A stretch of 64,000 nt of DNA, taken from Rhodosorus marinus CCMP1338. Taxonomy: Eukaryota; Plantae; Rhodophyta. Positions 12,039 to 25,708 of this stretch are shown piece after piece. The stretch lies in contig JAMWBK010000009.1 in assembly GCA_029953675.1 (NCBI GenBank), forward strand, positions 1,302,001 to 1,366,000, given 5' to 3'. Under the pieces are notes generated by a model. That model was not told the DNA's origin and made no database searches. It was given only the letters and a program-made list of their open reading frames with translations. Position numbers and translations under genes: made by a program. Positions within the stretch are counted from its first letter, which is position 1, and every line of letters starts with the position of its first letter.

Positions 12039-15000
12039 TTACTTGTTTTTGTGTTTGGTTAGCTTGATCTGTCCTCGTTTCTTATCATACTCAATCACAG
12101 TAACAACAATCTTGTCGTTTAGCTTCGGAAGCATCGATTCGATTTCCGACGTTGATCTTTGATCGGAGGGAACAATCTCCGAAATATGGAGGAGGCCGTG
12201 TCGACCAGGCATCACTTCTAAAAATACACCAAATTCGGCCACGCGAACAACCTTGCCCTCATACACAGAGCCGACCTCCACCTCCCCAATTAATTCATGC
12301 ACAAGCTTCCGAGCAGTTTTCAATGCGTCACTGTTCGGTGCGTGGATTTCCAGGTCGCCAACCTCGCTAATGAACAGCCTGGCTCCTGTGCCTTCATATA
12401 TTCTGTTGATCATCTCACCACCGTTACGAACTAGCAATGGCCGAAGAAGGGGCTCAACCTTTGATTCTGAAATTACGGGCGCAGCGGGTGAGAGCGTCTT
12501 CGCAGGTTCCGGAATACATTCCGACATGATCTTCAAAAGTTGAACTCTTCCTAGTCGAGCTTTCTCGAGTGCAGTGGGAGCCCAATTCAATGGTAATCCA
12601 CGAGGCAGCTTTACGTCCAACTGCAAAGCTGTAATTCCGTTCGCCGTCCCAGCCACCTTCAGATACAGACGAGAATGACAATGATTGGCAGAGTTAATGT
12701 CTCAACGCCTTCCAACGTCCGAGTGAAGCTATTCGGAGGGCCAGCCAAGGTGAAAGCTTGTTCTGGAGATTGCTCACCTTGAAATCCATGTCCCCGTAGT
12801 GGTCTTCGATCCCGAGAATGTCTGTGAGGAATATTGGGTTGATTTTCGATATGTCCGAATGTGTTTCAGGAGCGACAAGCCCGACAGAAATACCAGCGAC
12901 ATGCTTTGCAAGTGGAACACCAGCATGCATGAGAGCCATTGATCCGGCACATACAGTTGCCATGGAAGAGGAACCGTCGCTTCCCAAAACGTCAGCGTTC
13001 ACACGGACAACATGTCTGAAAGGCGTGTCTGACGGTCTCTTTCCTAATCGTTCGTTTCACATCGCGCATCTTCAGAGAGTACACTCAGAGAAGGCAAATC
13101 GCGTTTGAGCTCCTACCTATCAGAGAGTTGCCTGAGAAAATCTCAAAGGGGTCCAGTACGTCCTCCTCCGTCGGAACCATCCACGCGAGCGACTTCTCGG
13201 CGAGAGCCCCATGACCGATTTCCCGCCTATTTGCCTTCAGCCTCGTCCCGATTTCTCCGTTGCAGAAACTTGGAAAATCGTAATGCAAGAGGAATCGCTT
13301 GATCTTCTCCTGAGGGGCCAGGTACTGCTCCACCTTTTGAGCCTCTTGGGGGAGCCCCAAAGTTGTTACGGCAAGAACCTGTTCGGTACCACGGGTTAAG
13401 TCTACTTGAACCGGATAGTATATATCTTACTATCTAGAGCAAGAAAAAGCTGACGAAACCCAAGAGAAACCAAAACTAGCTCTTCTGCGGCTTTTCTGAT
13501 GAAAGACGTAGAGAGGGACATACCTGAGTATCACCTCGTTCAAAGAGCGCAGACCCATGCACGTCCCCGCCCAACAAACCAACCTCCGCACGGATCGAAC
13601 GAATGTCATCCAAGCCACGTCCATCGCAGCGAGTTTTCGTCTCTACAATAAGTTCCCGAAAGGCTTGTCTTGCGAAAGAATCGATCTTGGCATTCAGCTG
13701 AACTGGAGTGAAGTGGTCCGCTGCAATTTTCTTCAGGCGGTTTAACGTCCTACGGGTACATACGAAAAGCAGACAAGTGCTCAATCAGGCACCGCGGGGG
13801 TCAACGCACAGGGAGATTCCATCATACCTCCCAAACGCCCGACCGATGAGTTTCGCCCTGCCCTGCTTTCCTAGAGTTCGCGTGTTCCTAAACACATCCC
13901 TGAACTCCTGTACGGCCTGAACCGCGAATAAGTCGCCCGCTTCGTTCACTGGGCAAGGATCCGCGATTTCCTGGGTCTCGATCTTCTCGCTCTTCTGAGC
14001 AGAACACAAAACAGAGAGAAAGTTGTTCTAGCCCTGAGTTTCTTGCTAGCATTACTCTGATCCTGCCGGGAGTTGCGTTGCGATGTGAACGTACTTTATA
14101 TTTCTTCGCAAGTTCGAGCTGAGCTTCTATCACAGAGCCAATCTTTTCCTGAGCGCGCTCAAGTCCCTTGAAGAAAGTTCTTTCGTCGATTTCTGCTGCC
14201 TCGGCTTCCAGAGCCAAGATGTGTCCTTTAGTACCAGCGACAAGCATATTCAAGGTGCTGTTACGTAGTTGCTCGATGGAGGGATTCTCCACAAACTCGC
14301 CATCAACCATACCGAGTCTGACCGCTCCCACGGGACCTTGGCAACGAAATTCATCGGAAGATCAGACCCCGCACTTGTAGAGATGTATGCTCTCCGTCGT
14401 CCTTCTCACTACCTTTCCATTCAACGTGGGAGAGCAGAAGCGCCGCCGATGCTGCGTTTATGGACAACGCGTCCGCGTTGGATACAGAATCCGCGCTCAT
14501 TAGCGTACACGAAAGCTGGATCTGATCTGCGATGCCCTTTGGAAAAAGTGGCCTCAAGCTACGGTCGATTAAACGTCCAACTAACGTCTCCTTGTCGGAA
14601 GCTGTGCTCTCTCGCTTCCTGGCGTTAATAGGGATCATTCCCCGGGAAGCCGCTTTTTCTCTGTAGTCCAGCTGCGAAAGGATCCGCAGTCAGGGATCAT
14701 AGCTCGCTCAGATCAGAATTCTGCTTCCAAACTTACTTGCAAATTGGTCCCGGCATCTTGAAACTCCATGCCACCTTCTCTGCTTACCGCAACTGCAGCA
14801 AGAACTGAGTTCCCGCCAGAAGTGGCCACAACCGATCCTTCCGCAAGCCTAGCTATACGGCCTGCTTCCAACTTCACGCTTCTCCCTACGAATATTTTTC
14901 CCTTGCTTAGTGTGCATATTTACTACTTCGCCGGGCTCGTGTATTTCTGGCTCTGCGGATACTTACCGTCAACAGAAACCGGGAGAGACAACGCTGCTGG

Positions 15001-15529
15001 CACGTCAGAGCTATTCCCGGATTTCACCGCCTTTCCGGGGCGCCCGCCCGATGCGTGCCCCAGAATTCGTGGTTGCGTATTCCCATTCAGAAATGGCTTC
15101 CCAGCTGGATTGTCAGCGAAGTTTGTCCTCCTCGATTGAACAGACCGTTGTGGGCTACTACCCGTTTGTTGCGAGTTATTGTGGGCTCTTTCTATTCCCT
15201 TTGCTGATTTCGCACGCTCCTGCGGGGACTTCGATGCCGATGCTTGTGGCGGTTGTGGTTTCTGGACTTCTGTTCCCGGGTTCCGTGATGAGCTCTCCGT
15301 TATCGGTGCCATTCTGAAGTACTCAGACGGCAGAGAGCTAGTCTGCATCCTTTCAGCGGCTGCCACAAACTAAAGTGTTAGCTTCACCACTTCGCGTTGG
15401 GCTTAAAGGAAGCCTCTTCAGCTCACTCACCTTGCTCAACCTTGCGCACATCCGAAGCCCCTCTACATATAATACGCTTGGCACACCTGGAGAGGCGGTC
15501 TCCAGTTGACCCAGATTTGAGCGACGCAT
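12039..15529 (-). CDS. PNPT1: Polyribonucleotide nucleotidyltransferase (PNPase), probably organelle-targeted; multi-exon; start codon uncertain
   Basis: [112 protein letters not shown] region (GGEMINRI) and S1 domain ([20 protein letters not shown]). Confidence 0.95.
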
Positions 15530-17513
15530 ACATACGTTTGTTTCCGCTGAGATCGACCCGCTGGTAGCTACACGCAATCACGCGAGAAAGTTACCCGAAG
15601 CGTCCCTTCAATTCCATCCCAGAAGTTAACGGTGAGCGCACCAAAATTCAAAGCTTCGGGAGGCTACAGCGACTACGCGAGCACAAAAGAAGGGTGTTAT
15701 TTCAGTACTTGTGCGCTTTCAGCATTCGCGTCGCTTCAACGATCGCCAAGATCTGCGAAAAAGCAAAACGCTCGTTTCCATCCAGACTACCTACCTACCT
15801 TCATAAAATCGATTTCACAGAACACGAGATGCTTCCTTAGAATTTCAAGTCTACATGAAACCTCGCCCACCCTCCCCTCCAGCTCCTCAAAGCATAACCC
15901 CCCCCCCCCCCCAATTTGCCAACCGAGCCCCGAATGAAAACCTGGTTCGCCTAACGCGGTGGGGAATGTATCCTTTTTTTGGCGCAAAAATAAAGTTTTT
16001 ACACTAATTTTACAAATAAAACGATGTACCATATTGACTTGGGGAAGAAAAAAAGACATTTTGAACGGTCGGCGTCCCTTTGTATAGTATCTTTTGTTTG
16101 TTGGGATGACGAGTCACCTGTCCAAAAGTCGTCAACGGATTGACGAATAGTTGATGGAGAACGGTTTGAGGAGTTTAAGGCCGTCTTGTTTATATAGGCT
16201 ACTTACCTCCGTGAGCTTGATTTCACTACATGCAATACTTCCTGAGGTTTTCCAGTCTAGCCTAAAACCCCTCCCGCCTTCTGATCAAGGTGCCTCATAA
16301 CTGAAAATGGTCGTCCACCGCACGCACAAACTTAAACGACAGCATTTGCCCAACATGCCTCGAAGCTGACCCTGGAAGTTGCCCATCGCCCGCAAATTGC
16401 AAATTAAAGAATTTGAAGGTACATCTTGCGCTCTCGTTTCTGAGAGAGATACCTCTAGGGACTCACGGCTAAACCTTCCACCAGAAGTGGGAAGCTGATC
16501 GAGAGACGGTTTGCAAGCGGGGGTGGAATCGGAAGGACCCTTCGGTAGGAACCGGGACGTCGATACTATCACTCGAGAATATGTCAAAGCAATCTACTTG
16601 TGGCTTGTTTCCTCTGAACTATTCCCGACAATCAGCCTCGTTCCTCCAACGTCAATTTTCCATTAGAGCAATTCTTCTAAAGTTAGTTGCAGTCCTGTCA
16701 GCCCCAAGAAATATACAAAAAACATATCCAGCGTTTATAACCAATCATACCCCCCCCTTCAAACGAAGCTAGCTGGGTAGCGATGTTAGAAAAGAATAAA
16801 CTTTATTCAGATATCCATTTCACAATACGGAGAACCAAGAACGGGGGGTAAACCTTCGCAACATCGTGAAATTCAGATTAATATTCGGAGCTCGCGTTAT
16901 CTCGGCTCTGGGAAAAGCATTGGTGACGCTAAACCATCTCAATAGATAGCTTGAAATTAAATAAAAAATAACTGCATGTTAGTACCAAACAATTATGTAC
17001 TAGAATCCACACAACTTCATAAATTGTTTCAAAAGGAAATCGTTTAGTGATTAGTACTATTAGGTGACTATTATCTTATTTTGCGAGAACTCCTCGTTTT
17101 TATTTTTATCATTAGATATTGATCGATATATACCAAGATGCTCATTTTAAGGGTTCCTTTTGGAACTTCGAAAATTGGGTTTTATGAATATAAATTTGAT
17201 GGATTATCGCTCAGGTTATCATAGCTCATTGAGGTAACATTGGATTCGCCGGGAACGTATTGGCCACGGAAGGTAGTGGGCACGATAGGTGATGGGGTGG
17301 AATGCTGTTAGAGCTAAGCTCGACAAGGATAACAATGCCTCCTCAAGATGGACGAGTTAAATGGCTAGATGTTGTTTATTTGTGTGAGCATCTGAAGGGA
17401 CTTGTTTGCTCTACTGTTTGTATAGCTTGGCTCTAGTGTTGTGCTTTAGGGCGCTTTCGTTTTTGAGGGGGTGGTTGATTTGGTTCTTTTGGTTTTAGAT
17501 TGTCTTGGCTGGC

Positions 17514-19132
17514 ATGAACGGGAAGGGGGCCTTCGTTGGAGGAAATGGGATCATCCAGGCTTTTAGAAGGAGGAGTATGGAAAACGGAAGTTCGGCGTGT
17601 GCTCAGATTCTGAGGATGGCAAGATCTCCTGTTCGGGAGGCTCAGAATGCTTTCGAAGGGTTTTCACCCGCAAACCGAGCAACCCTTGGGTCGGCTTGTA
17701 TTGGTGAGTTTTTTTGCGTCACAGCCGAGATTTGTTACCTCGTCAGTCCGTGTTCAAGCCTTAATGTTCTTTTTGTTGCCAACTGTTCCCAGGTGGAGCC
17801 GTGTACTACCCACTAAGGTCACGTCCAGTCATTGCCTCAACGGCGGCCATGTTTTGCTGCATTTGGAGCTACCTGATCTTGCGTTGGATCGTGTTTGCAT
17901 ACACCTTTGAGAAATCGCTTCTGGACGCGGAGGACCTCGCTGAGGAGGACAGTATTTTCGATATCGTCGATGGTATCAAAGTCCACTTTAGGAAGACTCT
18001 ACCGGTTGAGCAGTCTCCTGCGCAGTCTACAGAAGGAACAGTCCTATACCACGGGTTCGGGGCCTCGCTTTTCTCTTTCAGAGATGTCCAGCGAGAACTT
18101 GCCGATGCACTGGGAATGACGACTGTGAGTTTTGACTTCCCTGGTTTCGGATTGACGCAAAGACCGAGCGGGGGATTTTCCAACTACTCGCTACGCCGTA
18201 CAGCAAGAGTAGGAAACGAACTATCACGCCAGCAAGGCTTCGAGAAGGTCGTTCTTGTGGGCCACTCGATGGGAGCTTTCGCTGCTTGCATGGCAGCGGT
18301 TATGGAGCCCGAACGGATTCGGGCACTAGTCCTAATCTCACCGGCGGTACCCGTTGGGGATGCTAGGGTTCGCCAGGTAGGCTTGTGATACCCCAGCAAT
18401 ACCTGGCATTCACACGGGACCTTACCTTCCATCCCATTCGTTCGCTGTCAAACAGATGAGTAAGAATTGTTTGATCAGAAACATGATGCGACTAATTGCT
18501 GGCTTCCGAAGCATCGTTCTGCACATTCTCTGGTACTTCTTCTTTCCGCTGCTGGTTGCATTTGCGCGATCCAAAGTTTCCAAGAACGACTTTTGGAGAA
18601 GTGGCCTCGAATACGCTGCGTATGACAAGAAAAAGATAACCCCTAAAGTCGTTGACGGATATTCCAAGCCCACGAACGCGAAGGCTTGGGACTGGGGTGT
18701 AATCAGCTTCATTTGGGGTCAAATGGGTGCTCCGTTCTCGTCGAGGGTACGCAGATTCTCAAGTGACTGGGGTTTCTGCAATCCATACTGACACTTCATG
18801 TTCATGTTCAAAAATTAGGGATATTTGGACCGGTATTTCTACGATGAAATTGCTGAACGCGGAATACCGACTCTTGTAATTCATGGAGAGAATGACAGAG
18901 TAGTTCCTATTCGAATTGGTGAGAACGTGTCTAAGCGAATATCGTCCTCCCGGTACGTTGTCCGACCAAATTCCTCCCACAATGACGAACGTGGTTTTGC
19001 TCACGCGACATTGGGCTGTTATATCCGGTTAGGTTCGTGTCTATAAGATGTTGTGGCCACCTTCCGCAGGAGGAGGAACCACAGCAAGTTGTAGAAGAAG
19101 TTCGAAGCTTTTTGGCCGAATCATGTGTCTGA
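17514..19132 (+). CDS. Alpha/beta-hydrolase with N-terminal extension and hydrophobic segment; multi-exon
   Basis: LYHGFGASLFSF, SFDFPGFGLT, nucleophile elbow LVGHSMG, LVIHGENDRVVP and the spliced last exon CGHLPQEE (catalytic His). The N-terminal AFVGG resembles red-algal plastid transit peptides (inference). Confidence 0.9.
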
Positions 19133-19297
19133 TGAGATCGTTACGCACTAGTTGTACATATGAGCATCTCTAGGGTTCTGCAGTTGCCCTCGAATCGTCT
19201 GTGCTTCTTCTTGACTAGTTTATTGTTGGCCGACCTAATAATCTTATACTACTACGTAGACAGTACATGCCGCATATGGCTGGATCCTCCCCGTATC

Positions 19298-20636
19298 TTA
19301 CGCTGGCTGACCACCTTCGAGTGGGACTTCAGTTGCGCCGTTTGGTACTGCAAGGTGAGGTTTAATTTAAATACGGTTGCTTGCTGTGCAGTCTATGCCT
19401 TTCCGAAAAAGTCAAAGATTATGGTGCATGGTGAAGGAACTATGCGTACCTGGTTGGTCGTCCTCTAGTTCTTGCAAGTAGTGCTCTACTTCGAGCGCTG
19501 ACATACAACCAGAGCCTGCTGCAGTGATTGCCTGTCGCCATTTCTTGTCTTGACAGTCGCCGCAGGCGAAGACACCCCGTACGTTTGTCGCTGTCGAATC
19601 CGGCTTTGTGATGATGTAGCCCTGATCATCGGTGTCCACTGCATGAGATACAAATTGTGTGTTCGGCAAATGGCCGATCGCAAAGAAAAGCCCGTTGCAG
19701 TCTATGATCCTCTCCTCCTCTGTCTTGAGATCCTTAATCTTCAGCTGCTCAAGCATTTTCCCGCTTCCAAGCGCCTCAGTCACAGCGTGAGAGTAGAGGA
19801 ACTCAATCTTCGGATTCGCGCGGGCTCTCTGCTGCATGGTCTTGGAGGCGCGAAGGACATCCCGCCGAACAACAATGTACACCTTTGAGCCGTACTTGGT
19901 CAGAAAAGTTGCCTCTTCCATAGCCGAATCTCCGCCACCGATAACAGTAAGCGGCTTGCCGCGGAAAAATGGCGCAGCACCGTCACACACCGCACACGCA
20001 CTTACACCCCGTTGCCAAAAACCGTTATCACCAGCGCCGGGGATATCCATTCTCTTCGCAGTCGCGCCAGAGGCGATCACAAGAGCCTTGGCCTGTGCCA
20101 CCGTGCCGTTCTCTGATGTCACCGTGTACGGAAAGGAACCAAAATCTACAGTGGAAATCGTTTCCGTGAGTATTCGGGTCCCCATGTTGACCGACTGTGC
20201 CCTGAATCGTTCAGTAATTTCCATTCCGGATACTCCTTCTGGAAAGCCCGGAAAGTTCTCCACATCGGTAGTTGTGGTCAGCTGCCCTCCAGCTGCGACG
20301 CCCCCGGCAAGCAGACCTGTGATTCCGGAGGCAAAAGAGGTGTTCGCAATCACCACCAACACCCTAGTTCATACAAGTACCCACTTCGGTTCAGATCGTG
20401 ACTCACCTTCAAACAGCAAAGGCTTTAGCTCTGCTCGAGCTGTATAGATCGCTGCTGTATGTGCCGCTGGTCCACTGCCTATCCAGACACACACAAGAAC
20501 AAGATGCTCAGAAATCAAATCTCTGAAACCGAAGATAAAGACGCAAAAGAAAAAGCAACAAAACAGATAAACCCAGGACGAAAAAGTCCTCACCAACAAT
20601 AATAACATTCTCCACCTTAGGCTCCTCCTCCGCCAT
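19298..20636 (-). CDS. NTR: NADPH-dependent thioredoxin reductase (low-MW TrxB/NTRA type); multi-exon
   Basis: VIIVG|[36 protein letters not shown], active site [29 protein letters not shown] and [15 protein letters not shown] last intron from 19449 gives a stop at 19298; the unspliced frame stops at 19412. Confidence 0.96.
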
Positions 20637-23013
20637 CGCTACCAAATCTCTACCGACAGATCGACCTTCAATATATTCAGTCACAGCGAAAAAAACAAAC
20701 ACACAATGGAAATCATTACAAGTCCAAGCTCGTCAACAAAGCTACCTCCTCCTCCCTCGCTTAACCCACGAGAACTGAGTAGATAGAGGCCACGAGCTGA
20801 GTAGTATCCATTCTTACCCATTTTCTACACCGCCCGAAAATAAAAAATATCCACAATTTAAGCGTCACCACCAATCAATCTATTCAGCAATATAATGATT
20901 GATAAATATCTTATCTTGACTGATGTTCGGGATTGTTGGATGGCTTTTAGAAAACTGGAGACTTTGGTGAGGGTTTGTATGGTGTTTGAGAACCTCCTAG
21001 CTCTATATATGCACTCTTAGATGCTCTTTAAAAAGTCTGTCTACGCTAACTAGCTGTTTAGTAAAGTGCTAGCTCCGCACTCTGACGTTCCCCTTGTACG
21101 AATTTGTTTCTCGGGGGTTGCATGGGGAATCAAGGTCAACAGTGGGCTCCGTTTTCGATCTTTGTGTAGGATATGGACCAGCTAGTTTCAGCAGTTGCGA
21201 AACTTACTGTTACCAGCGGCTTTGGGCATTGGAGATGGTGTATGAGAGACATGGGTAATATGATTGGGATGAATGGATACGAACCGCTGGGAGGCGTGCG
21301 CGCCAGATTCGATGCTGAACACCACAGCCATTGCTCCAAATAGGATTCACATACGGGAGGCGTACGGTATCAAATCTGAGTATCGTCCGGTCCGGATATT
21401 CATACCAAATATCCCCCATCTGGCTGAACTGTTTTTTGCAGATCATGGCTTATCTCATTGGAGGTACCAACCCTGCACAATCGCACTCCCTCAGCTGAAT
21501 CACTAAGAGCTCTGTAGCGTCGCCGTACAGTCGTTATAAGAGTCAAAGCAACGCTAAGCTTTGCCCCAATTCCTTCAGGATTCAAGCGACATCGAGTTCG
21601 CCGAACAACAATCTCTATTCATCAAAATAGATTGAAGTGTACTTGTGACTCTTTCAAGAGGTTTGCTAAATGTACAGGGCTTTTTGCTCCATGTACGTAG
21701 ATTAACTGGGCGGGAACGGGAAGGGCCATGTGGTGGTGAGAAGTTTCTAGAATTTATGTACTGTAGGAAGTTGAGGAGTTGAGAGGTTTCTATGAGACTT
21801 CTTTAGTAATGGGCATGGATTCCCGGTTCGTTTGAAGTTTGCTTACTTATCGCTTTACCTGATCAATAAGGCTGGTGAGAACGAGACCAACTGACCATTA
21901 CCTGGAAGGGGAACTCCTGGTTTGATCCGAACGCGGATCAGATTTGGGAAGCCAAGATGTTTTCCTCTCATGGTTTGTTGCAATATAGTGTGAATAACGT
22001 GAAGATCAAGCTCGTAGGTTGATCTTGAGCGGAAAGCATACAAATTGTGTTGACGCCTTGCACAGAGACACATAGAGAAGGGAGCAGCGCTTTCGTCTAG
22101 GCGTTGGGATCCTAGAGAAGCAGGTGGATGCAAACTCTGTCGAGGGATGCTTAAGAGGTTTGTTTTTTCAGATACTCAGTCCTTTCCAAGTACTTTGAAC
22201 AATTGACCCCTCTGTACCAAGTTCCATTCTACCAAGCTCTTCACAGCAATCGTCAAGCACGGTAGTATGCCTTCTACGTACATCAAGCCCTCACAAGTCA
22301 GGCTGTCCAAACTACAAGAAAGGCAAAGCCTATCATCCTGATAAGAACTTCCTCTCAAGGCCCCTCAACCTAATTCATCCTGTCTACCTCAGTTAACACT
22401 ACAGACCCTGTTCAGAGTTTGGTTCTCCACGTCCTGACAATATTCACCTCTCAATGCCTCAACGGGATGTAAACCACAAACAACAAGAACCTAAAAGCTC
22501 GCTCCTATCTGTGCACTCTTCTTCAAGACTCCACTAAAGGCCGGAAAAGTCCCAGGAGCAAGGACCAAGATGATCCAAAAGTGCTCGCTGTCCTGCCTGA
22601 AAGAAAACAGAAAGAAAGGCGAAACTACCAATGTGAAGAGGATTTCAGAGCCGTTTTCGTACTTTTTCTCGAGAGTTTTCTTTGGACGGGTTTAGGGATA
22701 CTTTTGTTTTGGGACAGTTTGGGTCTCTCCCTGTCTCGGTGGCCTTGTCTTGAGAGTCTTCTTCCGCAGGCTTTTTTAGGGAGAAAAGAGGTTAGAAGGG
22801 TGGGATTGCTTATGTACGATCGAACTCTTTCTTCTTTTCTTTGTTGCGTATCTTCTATTTGTCTTTGTGTTTTGGTTGGGAAGGTGGAGATTAGTTGGAC
22901 TGGGTGGATCCCTCTAGACAGGAGTTGTTTGAGGTTTTTTTTTGGTTTCTCTTTCGTAGAGCTGTTTTGTTTCCGAGGGCGGGTGGGGGTTGGTGGGTGG
23001 TTAAAACAGCATC

Positions 23014-25708
23014 ATGGGCACCAAGTCGGACGCTGGTGTAGGCTATGATGATGCATCGTTCTATCTTTTTGCAATGGCGATGCTCAGCCTCGTCACGGTT
23101 CCGTGGACTATTGTGAAAATTTGGAGGCTTGTGAAGGGAAGAGATCAGGAGGAGGAGAGGGAGAATTTGAGACAGCACTGCGGGTGTAGGAGATGTCAAG
23201 AGAAGGCCCAGGCCATTGCGAAACAGAAGAAGGTTGATACACAAAATCATAGAGCGGACACCACATCAGTCTTCTAATTCGTGAGCTCGTTCCTGTTCGC
23301 TTCAAAACTACACCAGAAATCGTACAACACTTGGGCAAGACCCTCGAATATTTTTGTATTCGTTTCTTGGATACTCATAATCTTGCTACTCAGAGAAATA
23401 CGAAAATCGCCATCCTTCAAAGCACCTTTTGATCCATTCGAGATTTTGGTGAGAGTTTTGCAAGCTGCTTACTGAAAGCTTAACTACGGCTGAGATCACT
23501 GAACTTTGCCGTTACGACCACTCCACAGGAAATTTCGAAGTCAGCATCGGACAAGGAAATTAAGGGGGCTTATAGGAGGCTCTCGAAACTAACCCATCCT
23601 GACCGAAACCCGAATAATCCGGAAGCCGCTGAGCGTTTTATGCAAATTACAAAAGCGCATCAGGCTCTAACTGATGCCGTTGGGAAGGAGAACTACCAAA
23701 AATATGGAAATCCGGACGGTCCGATGGTACGCATACAAAAGCAAACTAATTGGGAAGGCATCGGTTCCTTCGATATGGTGCGGAAATAGTTCTAACCCAA
23801 TATCTTGTTTTGGAAAACTCCTCGTCCCGTGAAAATCAATGAAGAGGTCATCCATCAACCTTGCGCTGCCATCAGTTATGGAGGATCACGGAAACCTAAT
23901 ATTGATGATCTACCTCAGCTCTCTAATAGTGGTACTACCAGCGTTTGTTGTTCTCTGGTGGCGTTCGAACAGCGACAAACTGGCCACGTCTATCAGCGTC
24001 AATACCTATCGCTATTTTCTTGTGGTACTTCACGCCTCTGGCCGATGGAGGGATCTGCTTGCAGCGTTTGCATCCGCATTCGAATTCGAGCACATGGGTG
24101 TGAACAACCCGCGAAAGTTTGCTCCTCTTCGCGATGCCGTGAGAAAGAGTGGGGCTGAAGCCGACTTGAAACAGATCCGGCTGTACATGGACGTGAGTAA
24201 CACCTTTCAGGATTTTTGTGCGACCGGACATTCAGGAGGATGACATTTTTTCCTTTCCTACAAATGAAACTAGGTCAAGCCGTATCTTAGCGAGAACATA
24301 TTGATACTCTTGGCGTATACCCATAGATTAGGAATTGACGAAGAGTTTCTATCAAGGCTAGAGGATCTGCTTGGATGGACGGAAGGTCTCGTCGTTGCCA
24401 TGGCTGACGCGAACAGAGAAGAGCCCCGGCAGGATTGTTACAGAACGTATGGAAGAACAGTCTTCGGGAGAACAAGAAAGATCATGAGCGCAGTCTTCCT
24501 CGGTCAGTGTCTTGCTCAGGTAAGCGTTGAACATTAAAACAAGATTTTAGTGCAAGAGCACCTCGTGCAAATCGTTCACCTGGAAACCTGAGGAGACTCC
24601 CACTATCTGCGCAACCCTTGTTTAGGGAATGAAAGAGAAAGACTCAAGTCTCCTCCAAATTCCGGGGTTCAGAGAGACTGAGCTGAAATATTGCAACTCC
24701 AAATCGAACAAGGTCAGGAACGTTCATGACTTTGTGGCTCTGGATATCGATGCCAGAAAAAAGATACTCAGGAATTTCTCGGACGATGAGTTTCTGGACG
24801 TCAATGAGTTTTGTTTGCACTTTCCCACTGCGACTTTGAAAGTTGCAGCGCCTAAAGTTGAGGACGAGATCGATTCTTCTGTTCACGAGATTGACAAGGC
24901 TGATGTCGAGGTTACGTTGACCGTAAAGAGAGGGGCTGTAAGCTATCACATGCCAATAATAGCATGTGCACCTTTATTTGTTGTTGCATCCGCATCAGCA
25001 GACGGAATTCGGCGCTGAAAGAAGTTTGTTGTTTATCCGACTTCAGGGTACCGGTCGCTTTCCATGCGTACCGAACCTGCCCGATGAGAAGCAGGAGGTG
25101 TGGTGGGTTATCCTCGACGACAAGAAGCACGACGTGCCATTGGCAATAAAGCGGTTGAAACCAAAAGATTTCGATGCCGAAGGAAATGCCACCTTCAAGT
25201 TGGATTTCGTTGCTGGCATTCGCGGCAAGTACGAATACGTTGTCCATGCCCTCTGCGATTGTTACGTTGGGGCTGATGTGTACTCCAACATCAAGTTCAC
25301 GGTTGAGCCGAAATTTGAGAACACTGACAGCTTGAAGTATTATCGCGCAGCTCCAGAAATTTGGTTTTTTTTGTGATATGTGCTAAAGGACTTGATGTCG
25401 CTGTTCACGGCTCCATAGGTACTTTGACACTGATGATGAGTCTGACTACGAAGAGTACAACGCCGAAGTAGAAGATGGGGACGAGGAAGAGGAGACGGAC
25501 TCAGATGAGAATGAAGATGGAGAGGCAGCTGGGGGCGGTCCCGCCGGGGCAGTTCAGCAGGAGAGTTCAGAAAAGGAGGGGATTGATGAGTTGTCTTCCG
25601 CAGAGGAAGAGGATGATGATGAGGATGATGAGGATGATGTTGATGAGGAGGATGAAAGAGAAAACCGGAAGCGCGGTACAAATGGATCTCAAACCACCAG
25701 CGCCGTAA
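23014..25708 (+). CDS. SEC63: ER translocon subunit SEC63 (J-domain, Sec63/Brl domain, acidic tail); multi-exon
   Basis: N-terminal YDD then TM segment, FDPFEIL, J-domain [63 protein letters not shown] and an Asp/Glu-rich C-terminus. Confidence 0.95.

Noticed and set aside
16285-16772. ORFs in the PNPase/hydrolase divergent spacer
   Set aside because: Unremarkable composition and no family motif; probably chance frames.
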